From the NCBI RefSeq assembly GCF_001194135.2, contig NC_068983.1:109814709-109878708 (forward strand): 64,000 nucleotides of DNA, given 5' to 3'. This DNA comes from Octopus bimaculoides. Lineage: Eukaryota. Positions 51,086-64,000 of this stretch are shown piece by piece. Under the pieces are notes generated by a model, which ran no database searches, was not told where the DNA came from, and worked only from the letters and a program-made list of their open reading frames with translations. How positions within the stretch are numbered: the first letter of the stretch is position 1; the number at the start of each line of letters is the position of its first letter. The translations under genes and the position numbers were made by a program.

Positions 51086-53528
51086 CCGTATATTTCAGTC
51101 TATAAGACGACCTACAGATAAGACGACCCAAGAATCCGAATAAATGTTCATGACTTTAGCTAATATCTGAGGTATAAGACAACCTTTTAAATACGAAACT
51201 CGCATAAGTTTAAGGATAGCCTAAGCAACAGTGTAAAAGTTACCATATCATATAAAATACCAAGTATTAATTAAAGACGATGTTATTAGAAATGTTATTT
51301 TACTTACCATATTCTTGAAAGTTAAGACATGAAACAGTATATAAGTATTAACATAAATTTGTATAAGATGATGAAACAGATTCTTTCTTTAATACTGTTG
51401 ATTGTAATGTCGTAAACAAAGGCGTGTTCATGCAGCTGAACTATTTGAAATGACTGATGAGCTCATTGTATCAACAAGCAGCTTTCTTCTGTTTAACCCT
51501 TGGCATTTAAACTGGCCATTTCTTGCAAAAATATTCTACCTGTTTTGTCATCAGATCAGACAGTCCCGACCTCTCACACCTACCCTACAATGCTATTTTA
51601 AAAATAAACAACCACCTGATCGAAATCTCAAAGCTATGGGATAATTCACGAACAATTCAAAACAATGTGAATTAATAAGCATTACGTTTGACAGAATAAT
51701 CTGAATGCTAAAGAGTTAAGGCGCTTCAACTACAGTGGTAGTTTTCACTTCTTTTTCTCTCTGATTCACTTTGTTCTTGACCAGATACAACCAGATACAA
51801 TTCTTTAAATATTTTTTATGCTCAACTTACCCATGGAGCCACCAAAAAAAATGAAGAAAATACAAAGCAAGTTTTAAATTGAAAGTTATTGAAGTTGCCA
51901 AGGTATCTAACAACTGTGCTTCAGTGAGAACATTTGATATGACTGAGATGGTAAGAGATTGGAGAAAGAATAAAGATAATAAAGGATCATGCGAAAACTG
52001 AAATGTGCAATGAGAAGAGGAAGCACTCGTTGGGCAGAGTTGGAAGATCATGTTTGCAAGTGCGTACCTGAACTGAGACCGGATGGATACATAGTAACAC
52101 AAAATAAAATAAGATCATATGCATTAAAATGGGCAAAAGCCAATCAAGACGAAAGCCAGAACTTTAAAGCAACAGTAGGCTGGTGCAGTCGTTTCATGAA
52201 TAGAAAGAATCTTGTGATACAACAAAATTATGAAAATTGCTCAAAAGCTACCAAGAGACCTTGACTATAAATTTACCAATTTTCATTGCTTTATTATTGG
52301 GATGGGTAAAGACATCAGTTTCCTATGTCATGTGTTGGAAACATCGATGAGACCCCATTAAACTTTGACATGATGAGTGACAGAATGGTTGGCATGAAAG
52401 ACACAAAAACCATGCATGTTAGAGCCATGGGTCAAGAAAAGACAAGGTTTACAGCCGTGTTATCATACATAGCTAAGGGAATGAAACTGAAACCCATGAT
52501 AATTTTTAAGTGGAAAACTAAGCCTAAAATAAATTTTCCTTCTGGAGTATTTGTTCATTTTTATGAAAAAGGATGAATGAATGAAAATGGTGTAAAATTG
52601 TGGATAGAAAATATTTGGAGTAGACATCCAGGTTGGATAACAAAAGGAAAGAAATCTATTGGTTTGGGATATGTTTTGTAGCCACATAACAGAGAACACT
52701 AAAGCCAGATTATCATGAAATAATACTGATATTGCAGTTATACCTGGTGGTCTGATTCCTTACTGCAGCCACTAGACGTCAGTCTAAACAAACCATTTAA
52801 AGACAATGTGAGAGAGGAATGGAGCAATTGGATGCTGCGTGGAGAGAAATATTTTACAAAAGGCAGAGCTGTGTGTGCTGCTTCATTGGATGTTTTGTGT
52901 GAGTTTGTTATAAAGGCATGGGGAAGCTTGAAGAAAGAAAGTATAGTGAAATCATTCAAAAAATGTGTTATCTCTAATGCTATATAGGAGTGAAGATGAA
53001 ACCGAAGTCAACTCACCAGATTCTAAATGGGACACTTATGAAACTGTAAATGACGATTTGCTTGACGAACTTTTGGGGTCAGCTGATGATGATTGTAGCA
53101 ATTATGAAGGATTAAATGTTTGAAACATACCTAAATAACAATGTGCATGTAGAATGTTTAATTTTTTTTGTATTATTTTTATTAAGATTGAAAATCTTAG
53201 TGAAACGTGTTTTGTAATACTTTTTATTAAAATTCGTAATCTTAGTGAGAAATAGGTTTTCTGTGGATTGTAGATTTTTAGGTAATGGCAGTTCTGTTAC
53301 ATTATTAGTGTTGTATATTAATGTGAATTGTTTTAAATACAAGTACTTACATCAGTAGTTACTGCACAGAAGCTGTCGTCGGTATTAAATTAAGGTTAGG
53401 CCTGGTTTTCTGTGCAAATACTCCACAAAATGGAAAGTTCACTTTTTGTTATTGTTATGTAAGAGAACCCTCAATTTTGGTGTGATTTTTGGGCTCTAAA
53501 AGGTTGTCTTATACACCAAAATATATGG
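51086..53528 (+). mobile_element. pogo-family transposon (Brinker-type DBD plus CENPB-HTH plus DDE_1; POGK-like), full length and decayed
   Basis: TIRs TA|CCGTATATTTCAGTCTATAAGACGACC and GGTTGTCTTATACACCAAAATATATGG|TA. ORF about 51833-53123: KYKASFKLKVIE, FKATVGWCSRFMNR, NIDETPLNFDM, KTRFTAVL, KPMIIFK, LQPLDVSLNKPFK. Confidence 0.9.
51497..51715. mobile_element. piggyBac-type MITE (219 bp) with TTAA TSD, nested in pogo
   Basis: TTAA|CCCTTGGCATT ... AATGCTAAAGAG|TTAA (TTAA at 51493-96 and 51716-19). Confidence 0.8.
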
Positions 53529-53989
53529 TAGTTAATTCTCTACCTTCAGAAAATTCTCTCTGCCATTTTCTTGAACACATTACAAAAACGAAGTTGATCT
53601 TTCAAAAATTTGTATCACAAAGATGTTTAAATCATTAAAATATCGATATGCCTTCTTGAAGAATAATGAGTATTCAAGCTTTCCTTTTGTGACATTGCTG
53701 AAAGAGAATTCTCGTCAGCATATGTCCATCTTCAGACTTCTGCTGTCAAGAGCATTTCTATAAATGTCTCAAATGTATGAAATACAATGCAAGAGTGTTT
53801 CCAAACTTCTCTTTCTTTTAAACTAATTGTCTCTGTGGATTGAATTACTCTTGATGCCTTTGAGATACATAATGTTTCGATTTTATAAATCTATCATATT
53901 TAAAAGGTTATTCCTGTCTGTTTTAATAGTCCAGATTGAGTTTAACTTCTTTATTGTCAAATCAGTCATAAATAAAATTTTGGAGTTTC

Positions 53990-54290
53990 TCAAAAATCAG
54001 AAGAGATTTTAAATGTAGGGTCTTTGCATGTTGGTAAGTTTAAGAGGGGAGCATAATTATGTTAAGAAGAGGAAATAATGCTAATTTGTTGAACTTAACG
54101 AAACATTTGAATTGAGATGAAGGTATGTCTGAGAGTCCTTTTTCTAAAGGGAATTAAGTAGCTTCCAAGTTACTGAGATAACTGAAGCTCAAATTCAGCT
54201 CTAAGACAGAAAATTGATCCAAGGATTGAAATATATGAGGAAACATTGTTTTAAATTTGAGAACTTCACTGACCTACTGAATTTTAGAGC
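53990..54290 (+). repeat. Inverted homologue of 49640-49945 (probably a second copy of the LINE C-terminal region)
   Basis: For example, TTCCAAGTTACTGAGATAACTGAAGCTCAAATTCAGCTCTAAGACAGAAAATTGAT versus the reverse complement of 49715-49780. Alignable by eye over about 300 bp at roughly 70% identity. Confidence 0.75.
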
Positions 54291-55486
54291 TGAGATTTTC
54301 ACTTAATGGAGGCATCTGGACAAGTTTCTGTTATTGAACTAGAGAATCTCACTCTCTTTATTTAAATATTGTGTTTATTAAGTGATATATTACCATTGGT
54401 GTGTGACAAATGGAATGTGTAGTATTTGATACAAGCATAGTGTATTCAGACCAAAACAGTGGTCTGTTACTTTGGGGCTTTCCCAATATGTAGCTGGTTG
54501 CTCAGACTGGATAATGAGACTTAACACAGCAGTAAGAGTTGAGACTGAAGCATACAGGAGACAGATAATGAACAAGTGTTTTTGTTTCCACTAACATTTG
54601 ATAAAGGCGGACTGAAACAACACATGGAGAGGGAGTGAGTGACAGTAAGAGATATTAAATGGTAAAAGTAAAGGAATTACGATTACAATGAGTGGAGTGG
54701 CAAGCATTTTGATCACAATGGAACTGCTAGTATTTGTATTAAAAACAAAAATGAGAAAGAGAACACTGCTTGTTGATTTTTATGTAGTGGGAGTTCACAT
54801 GCATACAAGAACTCAAACATGCACTCACACACAAAAGTGCTATATAACTTTTGTTTAATCACTAACTAGATGATTTAAGGAAAAATGCCCTTAAACAAAA
54901 TCATAAACTATATAAAGGCTTAGCTACAGTTTGGTGTCCCTTCCCCAATTTTATTTCCTCACAACTGTCTGGAAAATACATATTTCTTAATGGAATTGTG
55001 CAGCGGTACATTTTAGAGGATTAAATTATAGTTATGCTCATAAAATTTTAAAAACAAAAATTTGGAGCTAGTTTCAGATCACTCCTTTTTTTTCTCATAA
55101 CTCTTTTTAAAATGCAGGTTTTTAAATATAATTCTGCAAAAATACATTTCCATGGGTGTACATTATGATTTATATTCATAAAATTCATAAGAAAAATTTA
55201 ACCAGGAAAGCATTTATTTTGTTAACTTTATCATTGTAATCGTAATCTACAGTCAAGAAAATGTGTTTCTGCAAAATTTCATTAAAATAATGCATTGGAA
55301 GTGTGTTAGGAAGAAAAAAAGTAGGGAGCAGGGGAAAATGAGTTAAAACCATCCCCTAATAAATAAGGTTTAGTAATATAATCATAAACTACACCCTTGA
55401 AAATATATCTGCAAAGTGTAATTATAACTTATGCTTAGTAGAAAAAGTTAAGAAGAAAATCAAGTGGTGGTAGGAAAATATATTTA

Positions 55487-55524
<38 letters not shown>

Positions 55525-56387
55525 ACATGTCTCTTAAAGGATAGAGCTCAAAATCAATGCATTGAAGATACTTTATTGCAGCAACAATTATAATAACAGA
55601 AACAACCACAATAAGNNNNNNNNNNNNNNNNNNNNNNNNNNNNNNNNNNNNNNNNNNNNNNNNNNNNNNNNNNNNNNNNNNNNNNNNNNNNNNNNNNNNN
55701 NNNNNNNNNNNNNNNNNNNNNNNNNNNNNNNNNNNNNNNNNNNNNNNNNNNNNNNNNNNNNNNNNNNNNNNNNNNNNNNNNNNNNNNNNNNNNNNNNNNN
55801 NNNNNNNNNNNNNNNNNNNNNNNNNNNNNNNNNNNNNNNNNNNNNNNNNNNNNNNNNNNNNNNNNNNNNNNNNNNNNNNNNNNNNNNNNNNNNNNNNNNN
55901 NNNNNNNNNNNNNNNNNNNNNNNNNNNNNNNNNNNNNNNNNNNNNNNNNNNNNNNNNNNNNNNNNNNNNNNNNNNNNNNNNNNNNNNNNNNNNNNNNNNN
56001 NNNNNNNNNNNNNNNNNNNNNNNNNNNNNNNNNNNNNNNNNNNNNNNNNNNNNNNNNNNNNNNNNNNNNNNNNNNNNNNNNNNNNNNNNNNNNNNNNNNN
56101 NNNNNNNNNNNNNNNNNNNNNNNNNNNNNNNNNNNNNNNNNNNNNNNNNNNNNNNNNNNNNNNNNNNNNNNNNNNNNNNNNNNNNNNNNNNNNNNNNNNN
56201 NNNNNNNNNNNNNNNNNNNNNNNNNNNNNNNNNNNNNNNNNNNNNNNNNNNNNNNNNNNNNNNNNNNNNNNNNNNNNNNNNNNNNNNNNNNNNNNNNNNN
56301 NNNNNNNNNNNNNNNNNNNNNNNNNNNNNNNNNNNNNNNNNNNNNNNNNNNNNNNNNNNNNNNNNNNNNNNNNNNNNNNNNNNNNNN

Positions 56388-56433
<46 letters not shown>

Positions 56434-57673
56434 GCATATATTTGGGTAATATGTTTTATGTGTATATTTCTGTGTGTGTGTACACATATATGTATTAAAA
56501 ACAAAAATTAGAAACAGAAGACTACTTATTGATTTTTACATGATGGGAGTTTTTTCGATTACATATAAAGTCTTTAAGTAAGATATTTAACAACCATTTC
56601 TCTCATTTACTGTCTAGAGATGGAAAAGGTTGAAAAGATGAGAAGGTGGTGCACAGGCAGGTTACCAAATGTGCACACATGCAAAGACACAAACACTTAG
56701 ATATTTAGTAGCTAGTTGGCCTATACCAACAGGTTATTTTGTACACACAGAGCAGAACCCAATAAAACATCATGATTAAATTGCTGAAAAAGAGTAGGAA
56801 GTCTTCTTGGTGTGATGATGCAAACAGTGATAAAGTAATAATAATAATTCTTTTCTGATTTTGGTTTTCAAAGGGCCGGTGTATAGTCAATACCATTGAT
56901 CCCAGTACTTCACCGGTACTACTCCAAAAGGATAAGAATAAAAGTTAACCATAAAAATGGTACTAATTATTTTGCTCAAGGTCTGAAATTATGGTGTATC
57001 TGTTCCTCAGAATCCTAAGAATGATGAGAGGAACACATGCACCAGATACACAAATTTAGGTTAGTTATTTGGTACTTGGCTGGTACTTTATTTTTTCAAT
57101 ATTAGAAGTAGGAAACACAAAATTGACCTCATTGGGGCACTCAGAGCATAAAGAGCCAGAAGAAACACAGCCAATGATAATAATAATAATACGAAATTTA
57201 TAATGATGAAAATATTGATTATTATTATGCTAATAAGGTGATAACGGTAAAAAAGATAATGATTGAAATAATAACACCAAAATAAATCAGTAATAATAAT
57301 AATTATAACAATAACTAATAATGGTACTGAATAATGATTATTGCAAAAAGCAAGCAATATTTATACAACAATATTAATAGGACTGGAGTCACAGTGTTGA
57401 GTGTATGTTATGAAGTGGAAGGTGTGACAGTCAAGTGTATAGTGCAAGCATGCACAGAGTATATCCTGTAGTTTCAAAGCTGTTGCAAAATTAAAGTTGT
57501 ATTCTTTAGTGGAAACTCATCATATTGTATTGATTTATCTGAGAAGGCAGTTACATAGTGAAGATTCTCCAGAGAAACAGGTTGCTGGATCAGCCTAAAT
57601 AAACTGTTGCACACTCTATCTTTATTGAGTACTTTTCTCTTTTGTTAATTTGCAACAGATATATATATATATT

Positions 57674-57710
<37 letters not shown>

Positions 57711-57964
57711 ATACTGTCAGTAAATCATAAATCCCCAAAAAGAGGCACACTCTAAGTTACAGAGCAGTAGAATATATAAAAATAGATATGGATGGTTTCA
57801 CATCCATAAAGCACTTAGCTTTACAGTGTTTCTTCAGACCCTAAACACACACATACATTCACACAAACACATGTATATGTTGTAAAACCTCACCTGTTTT
57901 GAGGCAATGAAATATTTTCCCTAGTCCTTTGGTCACAAATCACATTGTGGAAGGACATGCTTTC

Positions 57965-58205
57965 ACAGAAGATTGGAAACAACTGACATCACTTGTATGC
58001 CAGTGATGTTTATTTACTATTAGTGCATGATATCAAGACAAGGAGACAGTAACACACACACAAACACGAGGATTTTCTTTCTGTTTCCAACCAGTATGTT
58101 CATTCACAAGACTTTAGTTGATTCAGATCTATAGTTGAAGATATTTGTCCAAGGTGCTCTGTAGTGGGACTAAACCTGAAACCATGTGATGGCGAATCAA
58201 ACTTA
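57965..58205 (-). mobile_element. tRNA-derived SINE (family B), decayed
   Basis: Reverse complement CACATGGTTTCAGGTTTAGTCCCACTACAGAGCACCTTGGACAAATATCTTC..AAAGTCTTGTGAATG. Confidence 0.65.
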
Positions 58206-59091
58206 CACATATGGATGCCCTTCCAAATATTAACCACTTAAGAGAATATACTGGGTTCTTTATTATTATTATTTTTTTTTTTGTGGAACCAGCATAGTGA
58301 GGTTGCTTTACAAAAGGGTGTCCCTGTAAGTGAGGGAGAATAGAAGGAACTGTGCAATGATTTAGGCAAGATGATTAGAGGAGGTTAAAAATGATGAGAG
58401 GAACAGATAAACCAATTTGGTTAAGAGAGGTTGGCAGTGGAGAGAGTAACATAGAAGCCACTATTGGGGGAGAATATACTATTGGAATATAAAAAAAGAA
58501 AAGGACTAATATTAGTGGTTAATGAAAAAGGACATTGGTAAGGGTGGAAGGGGACATCAAAGAGAGTCATTAAAAGAGATAGCCAGTGAGATGAGAGGTT
58601 GTTGAAGTAGAAGAGCAGGACTGAGAGAAAAAGAGAGGGGATGGGAATGATTGAGTGAGTGATAATCACAGGTAGTGAGAAGAGTATTATGATTGACAGG
58701 GTGCTGACTATGGACTGTTCAGTGTCTCATTTAAAATGCCAGTGAAGAAGAGGGAAAAATAAAGTGATTAGGGTTGGTTATGTGTGGCAACCATTCATAG
58801 TTTGCTAGTGCTTATATGTGATCAGGAGATAAGAGATGTGTGATGGAATGATGAGATAATTGAAGTCAATCAGTAGATGAGGAAAAGTAGGAAGGTGTTC
58901 ATATATGTATGTGCATATATACTGTATATATACACACACACACACATGCTCTTTGTATACGAGTGTTAATATGTGTGCGCATGTTAACATGTGGTCCTTT
59001 TTCATACTTGTTTGACTAGACCTTACTATTGAGATATCCTGTGTAACTGACATAAAATCTATTAACGAAAATGTTCTCTTAGTTGTTGGAG

Positions 59092-59145
<54 letters not shown>

Positions 59146-62100
59146 NNNNNNNNNNTTCTTTTTCTTTCTATTTATATTTTCCACATAAAATCTCTCACCA
59201 AATTAGATATAATTGAAACCAAGAATGGAGTTACCTTGCGATTCATGTCTTTTTTTATTTTTATTTTTCTGCCAGTTTCTCATATTATATTGCATTTTTT
59301 CTCTTATATTTTGTGCTGTAGTTGCTTCTAACTGTTGAACCCATCTTTTTCGTTTATAAGCCAATTTTTTTCTAATGTTAAATTAACATTGTATGTTATA
59401 TTTTTATTTTTTTCCTTGAGAGTATGTTGCAGCAGGCTAACAAGTGAACACCTTCCAATTGATATCCTAATTATAATACCAGTTTAAATATGTATTACTT
59501 TCTGCTTTTTTCATAATCATTCAATCAGTGTCTATAATATTTGATGTTCCTTATTAGCATATGCAATGAATATCCGTGTAAGTTTCAGGTTTTATACTTG
59601 ATAATCCTAGGTGGTTTTTTTTTACCCTTTTTTTTATGAATCTTGATATTGTATGCAGCTGTTGCTTATACAATTATTTCACTGTTGTATTTTGAGCAAA
59701 TTAGATCTATGATATAATTATTAGATCACATGAATTTACGTTTTTGATGGATCAGCATCTTGAGATGAACACAATCTTTTTTCATTTATTTATATGATGA
59801 AATTTCAAGAGTCTTTCTACTTTCTTTTATGGGAATTTCAATTAGACAATGTAGAAAGGGTTGATGCTTAATTCTTATGAATTCTCATATATGTAGTGAT
59901 AATTAATTATTTTTGACGTATCATAGGAAACATTTCAGAAAAGCCAAAGTATCTACAATTGCAGATTGAGACAATGTTATACAACAGCTCAATTTGATTT
60001 GAACTCTTGATCCAAGATTTGATAGTTCAAAGCATTGTCTCAAAGTGTCTTTTTTTTATTTTTGCTTTTATATTATTGCATTTTGTCTCTGCATTATGGC
60101 ACTAGACATTAAACAAATTAGAATTTTGTTGATGTATGATAAAGATTCGTTTATGTAGGTTATGTTTATTATTGTCAATAGATTTAATTGGTTAATTAAA
60201 TTATTACATTACAGGGAAATAACTCCTAATGGAGGTCAATTATTTCCCTTGAATTTTTTTTTTTTTTTCTCTTAATTAATTTGATTTCTTGTATATTTTA
60301 GAGAATAAAATTTAGTTCAATTTTTACTATTTTTCACTTTATGTAACAAATACATGAGTACTAAATTAATTGGTAGTGTACATATACAAGTGTTAGAAAT
60401 GGAATTGAAAGATAAATATTAATAATAACTGCAAATGGAACTATCTAATTACTTATATGTACTATATTTCAAGATAACCAATGTGCTAAGTTGATTTTTC
60501 AAACAAACAGGTAGTGAAGATGGAACGTGAAATTTGTTTCAAAGACTGAAACAGTTGCACTTAAGATATGTAGATTTTTCTGCAGTATGATTAACTATTT
60601 AGTGAATGCGCCCCAAGGAAATTTTAAATATTTCACAGTATACCTGTGTTCTTTTTGACCATAAAATACTGAAAAATATAAGTATTATATGACTGTTATA
60701 CATTATTAACTATAGAAATCTTTTTCAAGCAATTCTAACATTGCATATTTATAAACAACTTTTTGCATTAAGTTATGAAAAGAAGTCACATCTAATTAAA
60801 GTAAATAAACTTGTTTATCTTTGTTTTCTATAGATTTCTTTATACATAATTATGAATATAAAATGGTAACATAAGGCACAAGAAATGCATTTCTATAAAT
60901 TGAATTTCCACACAAATATTGTATTGTTTTTCAGGTTTGCCATCTTTGATAGTGCATAGTGTGTTTCTCTGATGTCTGGAAGATTGATTAATTAGAAATA
61001 ATTCATGTTTAATTTTTTATTAATTCAGCTTCTATTTTTATTTGTATAGTCTAGCTATTCTATGCTTTTAAATGTATGAATAATTTGTTTCATATAAACA
61101 CAATTTATAAATAATTCTGAGTTAAAATAAATTGATTTTTCTGTAAATACAAGATAGTTTTCCTTATTTTTTTAACCTCTTGTGTTTGTATTCGATATTG
61201 CTTTTAATTTTGTTAATTAATTTGAATGCTGCGTAAGTTAAGCTGTTGTGCATGCCAAGCATGACTTTCTGAGGTTTGCTTGAATTATATATTATTTGTC
61301 TCATATATATATTGTTTGCTTAAATTACATATTAACATCTGCTTCATAATTTTTCTCAAATTTTGAAGTAATTTTGCTATTATTCTCTTTCTTTGTTTTG
61401 TTATTATGATATTTATTAATACTGATTGGTGTAATATACTTGTTTTTAAAACTAAATGAAACACTATGTCATATAAATCTAGTAGTGCATCATAAGAGAC
61501 GTTCAATTGTTGATTTCCTGTTTTCATTTGAAAGTGTAAAATTAAAATGTTCTTTGTGTAATAATTTAAATCATTTTCATGATATTTTCTGTATAAATTT
61601 TCAAGTTCTTATTATTTCAATTGCTATTCATTGATTACACAAAATATTGTCTTAACTTAAAAAGAAAATCACTGACATTCATATATATATAATGGCAATA
61701 TTCTTATAACTAAGATTCATATTTTGCATTAAAGATGTATCAAAAGTATGAGTTTCTACTAACTGTATGTAAGGCACATTTTCTAAAGATAATAAGAGTA
61801 GTTAGACAATATTCTACATATATGTTTCCCATGAGAAATATTCACTCAAATTATGATATCCTACAAAAAGTAGTAAGATTCTAAGTTATTAATATTGCAG
61901 TTTTCTCCTGTATCATTATTGTTTTGAAGGTTATCTTAAACTTCTTGTAGTAGGGAAGTTAATTTTATATTTCTGGTGAATTCTTGACATACTCTAAGTA
62001 TCTTGCCAATAAAATGATGCTTGCAAATGAAGATCCTTAACTAATACACTTAAATTCTTAAACTAGGTTGCTTATTTACTTTTAACTTATTATTGCTCTC

Positions 62101-63234
62101 CTAGAGCAATAACTAGTGTAGATTTTTAATACTCTTTTATTAATGAACGTTTTATGATGCTGAAAGCTATGCTAGTTTCCAGTTAGTACTGTATATATTG
62201 TCCCTTGGATTTTTTTGAATTGCTTTTTGTATTCCTTTGTTTTATAATCTGAACACCTCTAAGTAGTGCATTACACTCTCTTTTCTGTAATTCATGACTT
62301 TGATGTTTCTCTATCGATGAAAGATATTTTTATGTTCTTTTCTCACCTGTAAGATCTGCCTAATTTCTGCTTTGTACAATCTTTTGCAATATGTTTGGGT
62401 TATTATTATAGATATAGTTCTTTAAGTCATCTAAATCGTGAGTAGATTTTACTCGGTTGAGAGACCTGTACTGAAATTATCTGTACAATGCTTGTCTTCT
62501 CAAACATGTTTCTTTCAGTAAAGTCACACCCTATTTTAATTTTATTTCTTCATGGAATGTAGTCTTTAGGTTACAAATTTCTTGACTGTATGTTGTTTAC
62601 CTTATTGTAGTTTATAGATTACTTTTGAGGCTGTGTAGATATCTGATATTTTTTCTTCATACTGTGATGTTAGATTTAGTGAAATAGAGCCCAGTGGCTG
62701 TTGATTTTCAGTAAACAGGTAACCTAATGTATGATTTGTAGTTGTTATGATACTATATCAAGGATTAGTACTTGCTCATTATTTCTCCATGGTGAATTGT
62801 ACTGAGTAATGTACAGATTTTATATGAACTGCCTGGAGAATATACGTATCATTTACAAATTTCTACTATGCTTAGGTTACTCATAATTATCCTTTCTATT
62901 TCTTGGTACACTTCATCATTCTATTTGGTAGCATGTTATTCTTATACTAATGCTTCTTTATAGAGATGGTAGGGTTGTTTATTGTATTTTTTATGTGAAG
63001 TTAATAAATCATAAAAAGTATTTTAGCTTTCATCAGTAATTCAACATCCAGTATGGTATGCACTTAGTTCAGGCCAACTACTCTTCAGTTAGATAATATG
63101 GCTATATTAATAATAGGTGCAAATTTTGGCACAAGGCCAGCAGCTTTAAGGGGAGGGGTGTGCTAAAAATACTGCCAGGTTGCCACCTTAATGAAGATAA
63201 TAATAAATCAATGTTAATAATCCTTTTATCAGTA

Positions 63235-63420
63235 GGCACAAGGCCTGAAATTTTTAGAGTTGCAGCTAGTCAGTTGCATCAACCCCAGTTCCCAGCTGCT
63301 ACTTTTTTCTTTAATCCCAAAAGGACGAAAGGCAAGGTTGACCTTGCTAGAATTTGAACTCACAACAAAATAACAAATGAGCATTTTCTCCAGTGTGTTA
63401 ACAATTCTGCCACCTCACTA
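63235..63420 (-). mobile_element. tRNA-derived SINE (family A), decayed
   Basis: CCCAAAAGGACGAAAGGCAAGGTTGACCTTG..GAATTTGAACTCAC..AATTCTGCCACCTC. Confidence 0.7.
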
Positions 63421-63489
63421 CCTCAATGCTACTATGGTAGCTGAGTGATCTAAAAGTAGAGTGAAATGGGGTTTCTACAGAAGATATGG

Positions 63490-63780
63490 TGCATGTGTGT
63501 GTGTTTATATGTAACACATGTATATATATATGTGTGTGTAAATATTTGTGTATGTATATATATGTATGTATATATATATGTATATATATATATATTATAT
63601 GTATGTATGTTATATAGATATGTATATATACATACATGCATATATATATATACATATATGCATATGTATATATATATATGCATATGTATGTATTTGTATA
63701 TATGTGTATATATGTACGTATATATGTTTATGTATGTGTATATATATATATGTATGTGTATATATATATATATATATTGT
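63490..63780. repeat. Compound (TA)/(TG)/(TATG) microsatellite
   Basis: Explains the four overlapping YI/CV ORFs at 63398-63883. Confidence 0.95.
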
Positions 63781-63904
63781 TGTACTTGGGGATGGTCATA
63801 TTGCCAGTTTAGCCAATAAAAACACACGCACTGTATATTTGGTGTTAATTTTTTTTTTTTTTTTCAGCTTTATATTACATTAATCTTAATCTTAATCTTA
63901 TTTC

Positions 63905-63949
63905 GGCCAGAGTTCTTTCGTCACACTTCTGTGACCTCATCAGTGGTCC
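63905..63949 (-). ncRNA. Minimal type I hammerhead-ribozyme-like motif
   Basis: Minus strand: GGACCA-CTGATGA-G-GTCAC(agaagt)GTGAC-GAAA-G-aa-C-T-C|TGGCC. It has the canonical CUGAUGA/GAAA core, a 5-bp stem II, a very short stem III with a CUC triplet, and stem I CCA/TGG. Confidence 0.6.
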
Positions 63950-64000
63950 TTTGTTTCCTTCTTTCTTATGTGTGTCTCACCTTGCTAACTATCAGCCATT

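Larger units (their letters stand above)
49600..53990 (-). mobile_element. Ancient L1/Tx1-like ORF2 remnant split by the pogo element
   Basis: Removing 51086-53528 and one TA restores EGRELTKHEIQNA..GFYKH. Further motifs are LLQTDYIL (near 50800, cf. LLNTDYKI), KWNK..SVG..K...LSK and EKEGLDL (cf. GGL). Very decayed, and the RT core appears deleted. Confidence 0.5.

Noticed and set aside
49460-54575. Apparent Toll-like receptor pseudogene on minus (LRR-like FQSLDQFSVLELNLS, TIR-like EFNLPRM, signal-peptide-like ORF 54390-54575)
   Set aside because: The LRR-like and TIR-like segments are opposite strands of the same ~300-bp inverted repeat, so both readings cannot be real. L1/Tx1 motifs (ELT..EI..A, LLQTDY) explain the region better.

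Overview
AT-rich, microsatellite-dense eukaryotic draft-assembly DNA with N gaps near 2010, 17342-17441, 38467, 44548-44773, 46606, 49199, 55616-56388 and 59146. The repeat families and composition suggest a coleoid cephalopod such as Octopus (inference from remembered repeat consensuses, not a database search). Most of the window is intronic or intergenic and layered with decayed transposons: RTE, CR1-like, L1/Tx1-like and possibly R4-like LINEs, several SINE families, and Tc1, mariner, pogo, hAT and piggyBac-type DNA elements. I found only two credible host exons, both on +: a probable terminal exon at 6998-7141 and a symmetric 75-nt exon at 39240-39314 encoding half of a TNFR-type cysteine-rich domain. 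Highlights: (i) a Naiad-like Penelope retroelement with two long in-frame Asn-rich linkers and a downstream hammerhead ribozyme (HHR) with a variant core; (ii) a second, unrelated HHR at the right edge that shares the extra nucleotide after A9; (iii) a MITE whose octamer+CCAAT-bearing TIR core is perfectly matched while the rest of the TIR has decayed; (iv) a cluster of long hairpins at 42.8-44.3 kb; (v) three-level nested insertions. All protein assignments come from manual translation across stops and frameshifts and need HMM confirmation. No CRISPR array, rRNA or intact tRNA gene was seen.
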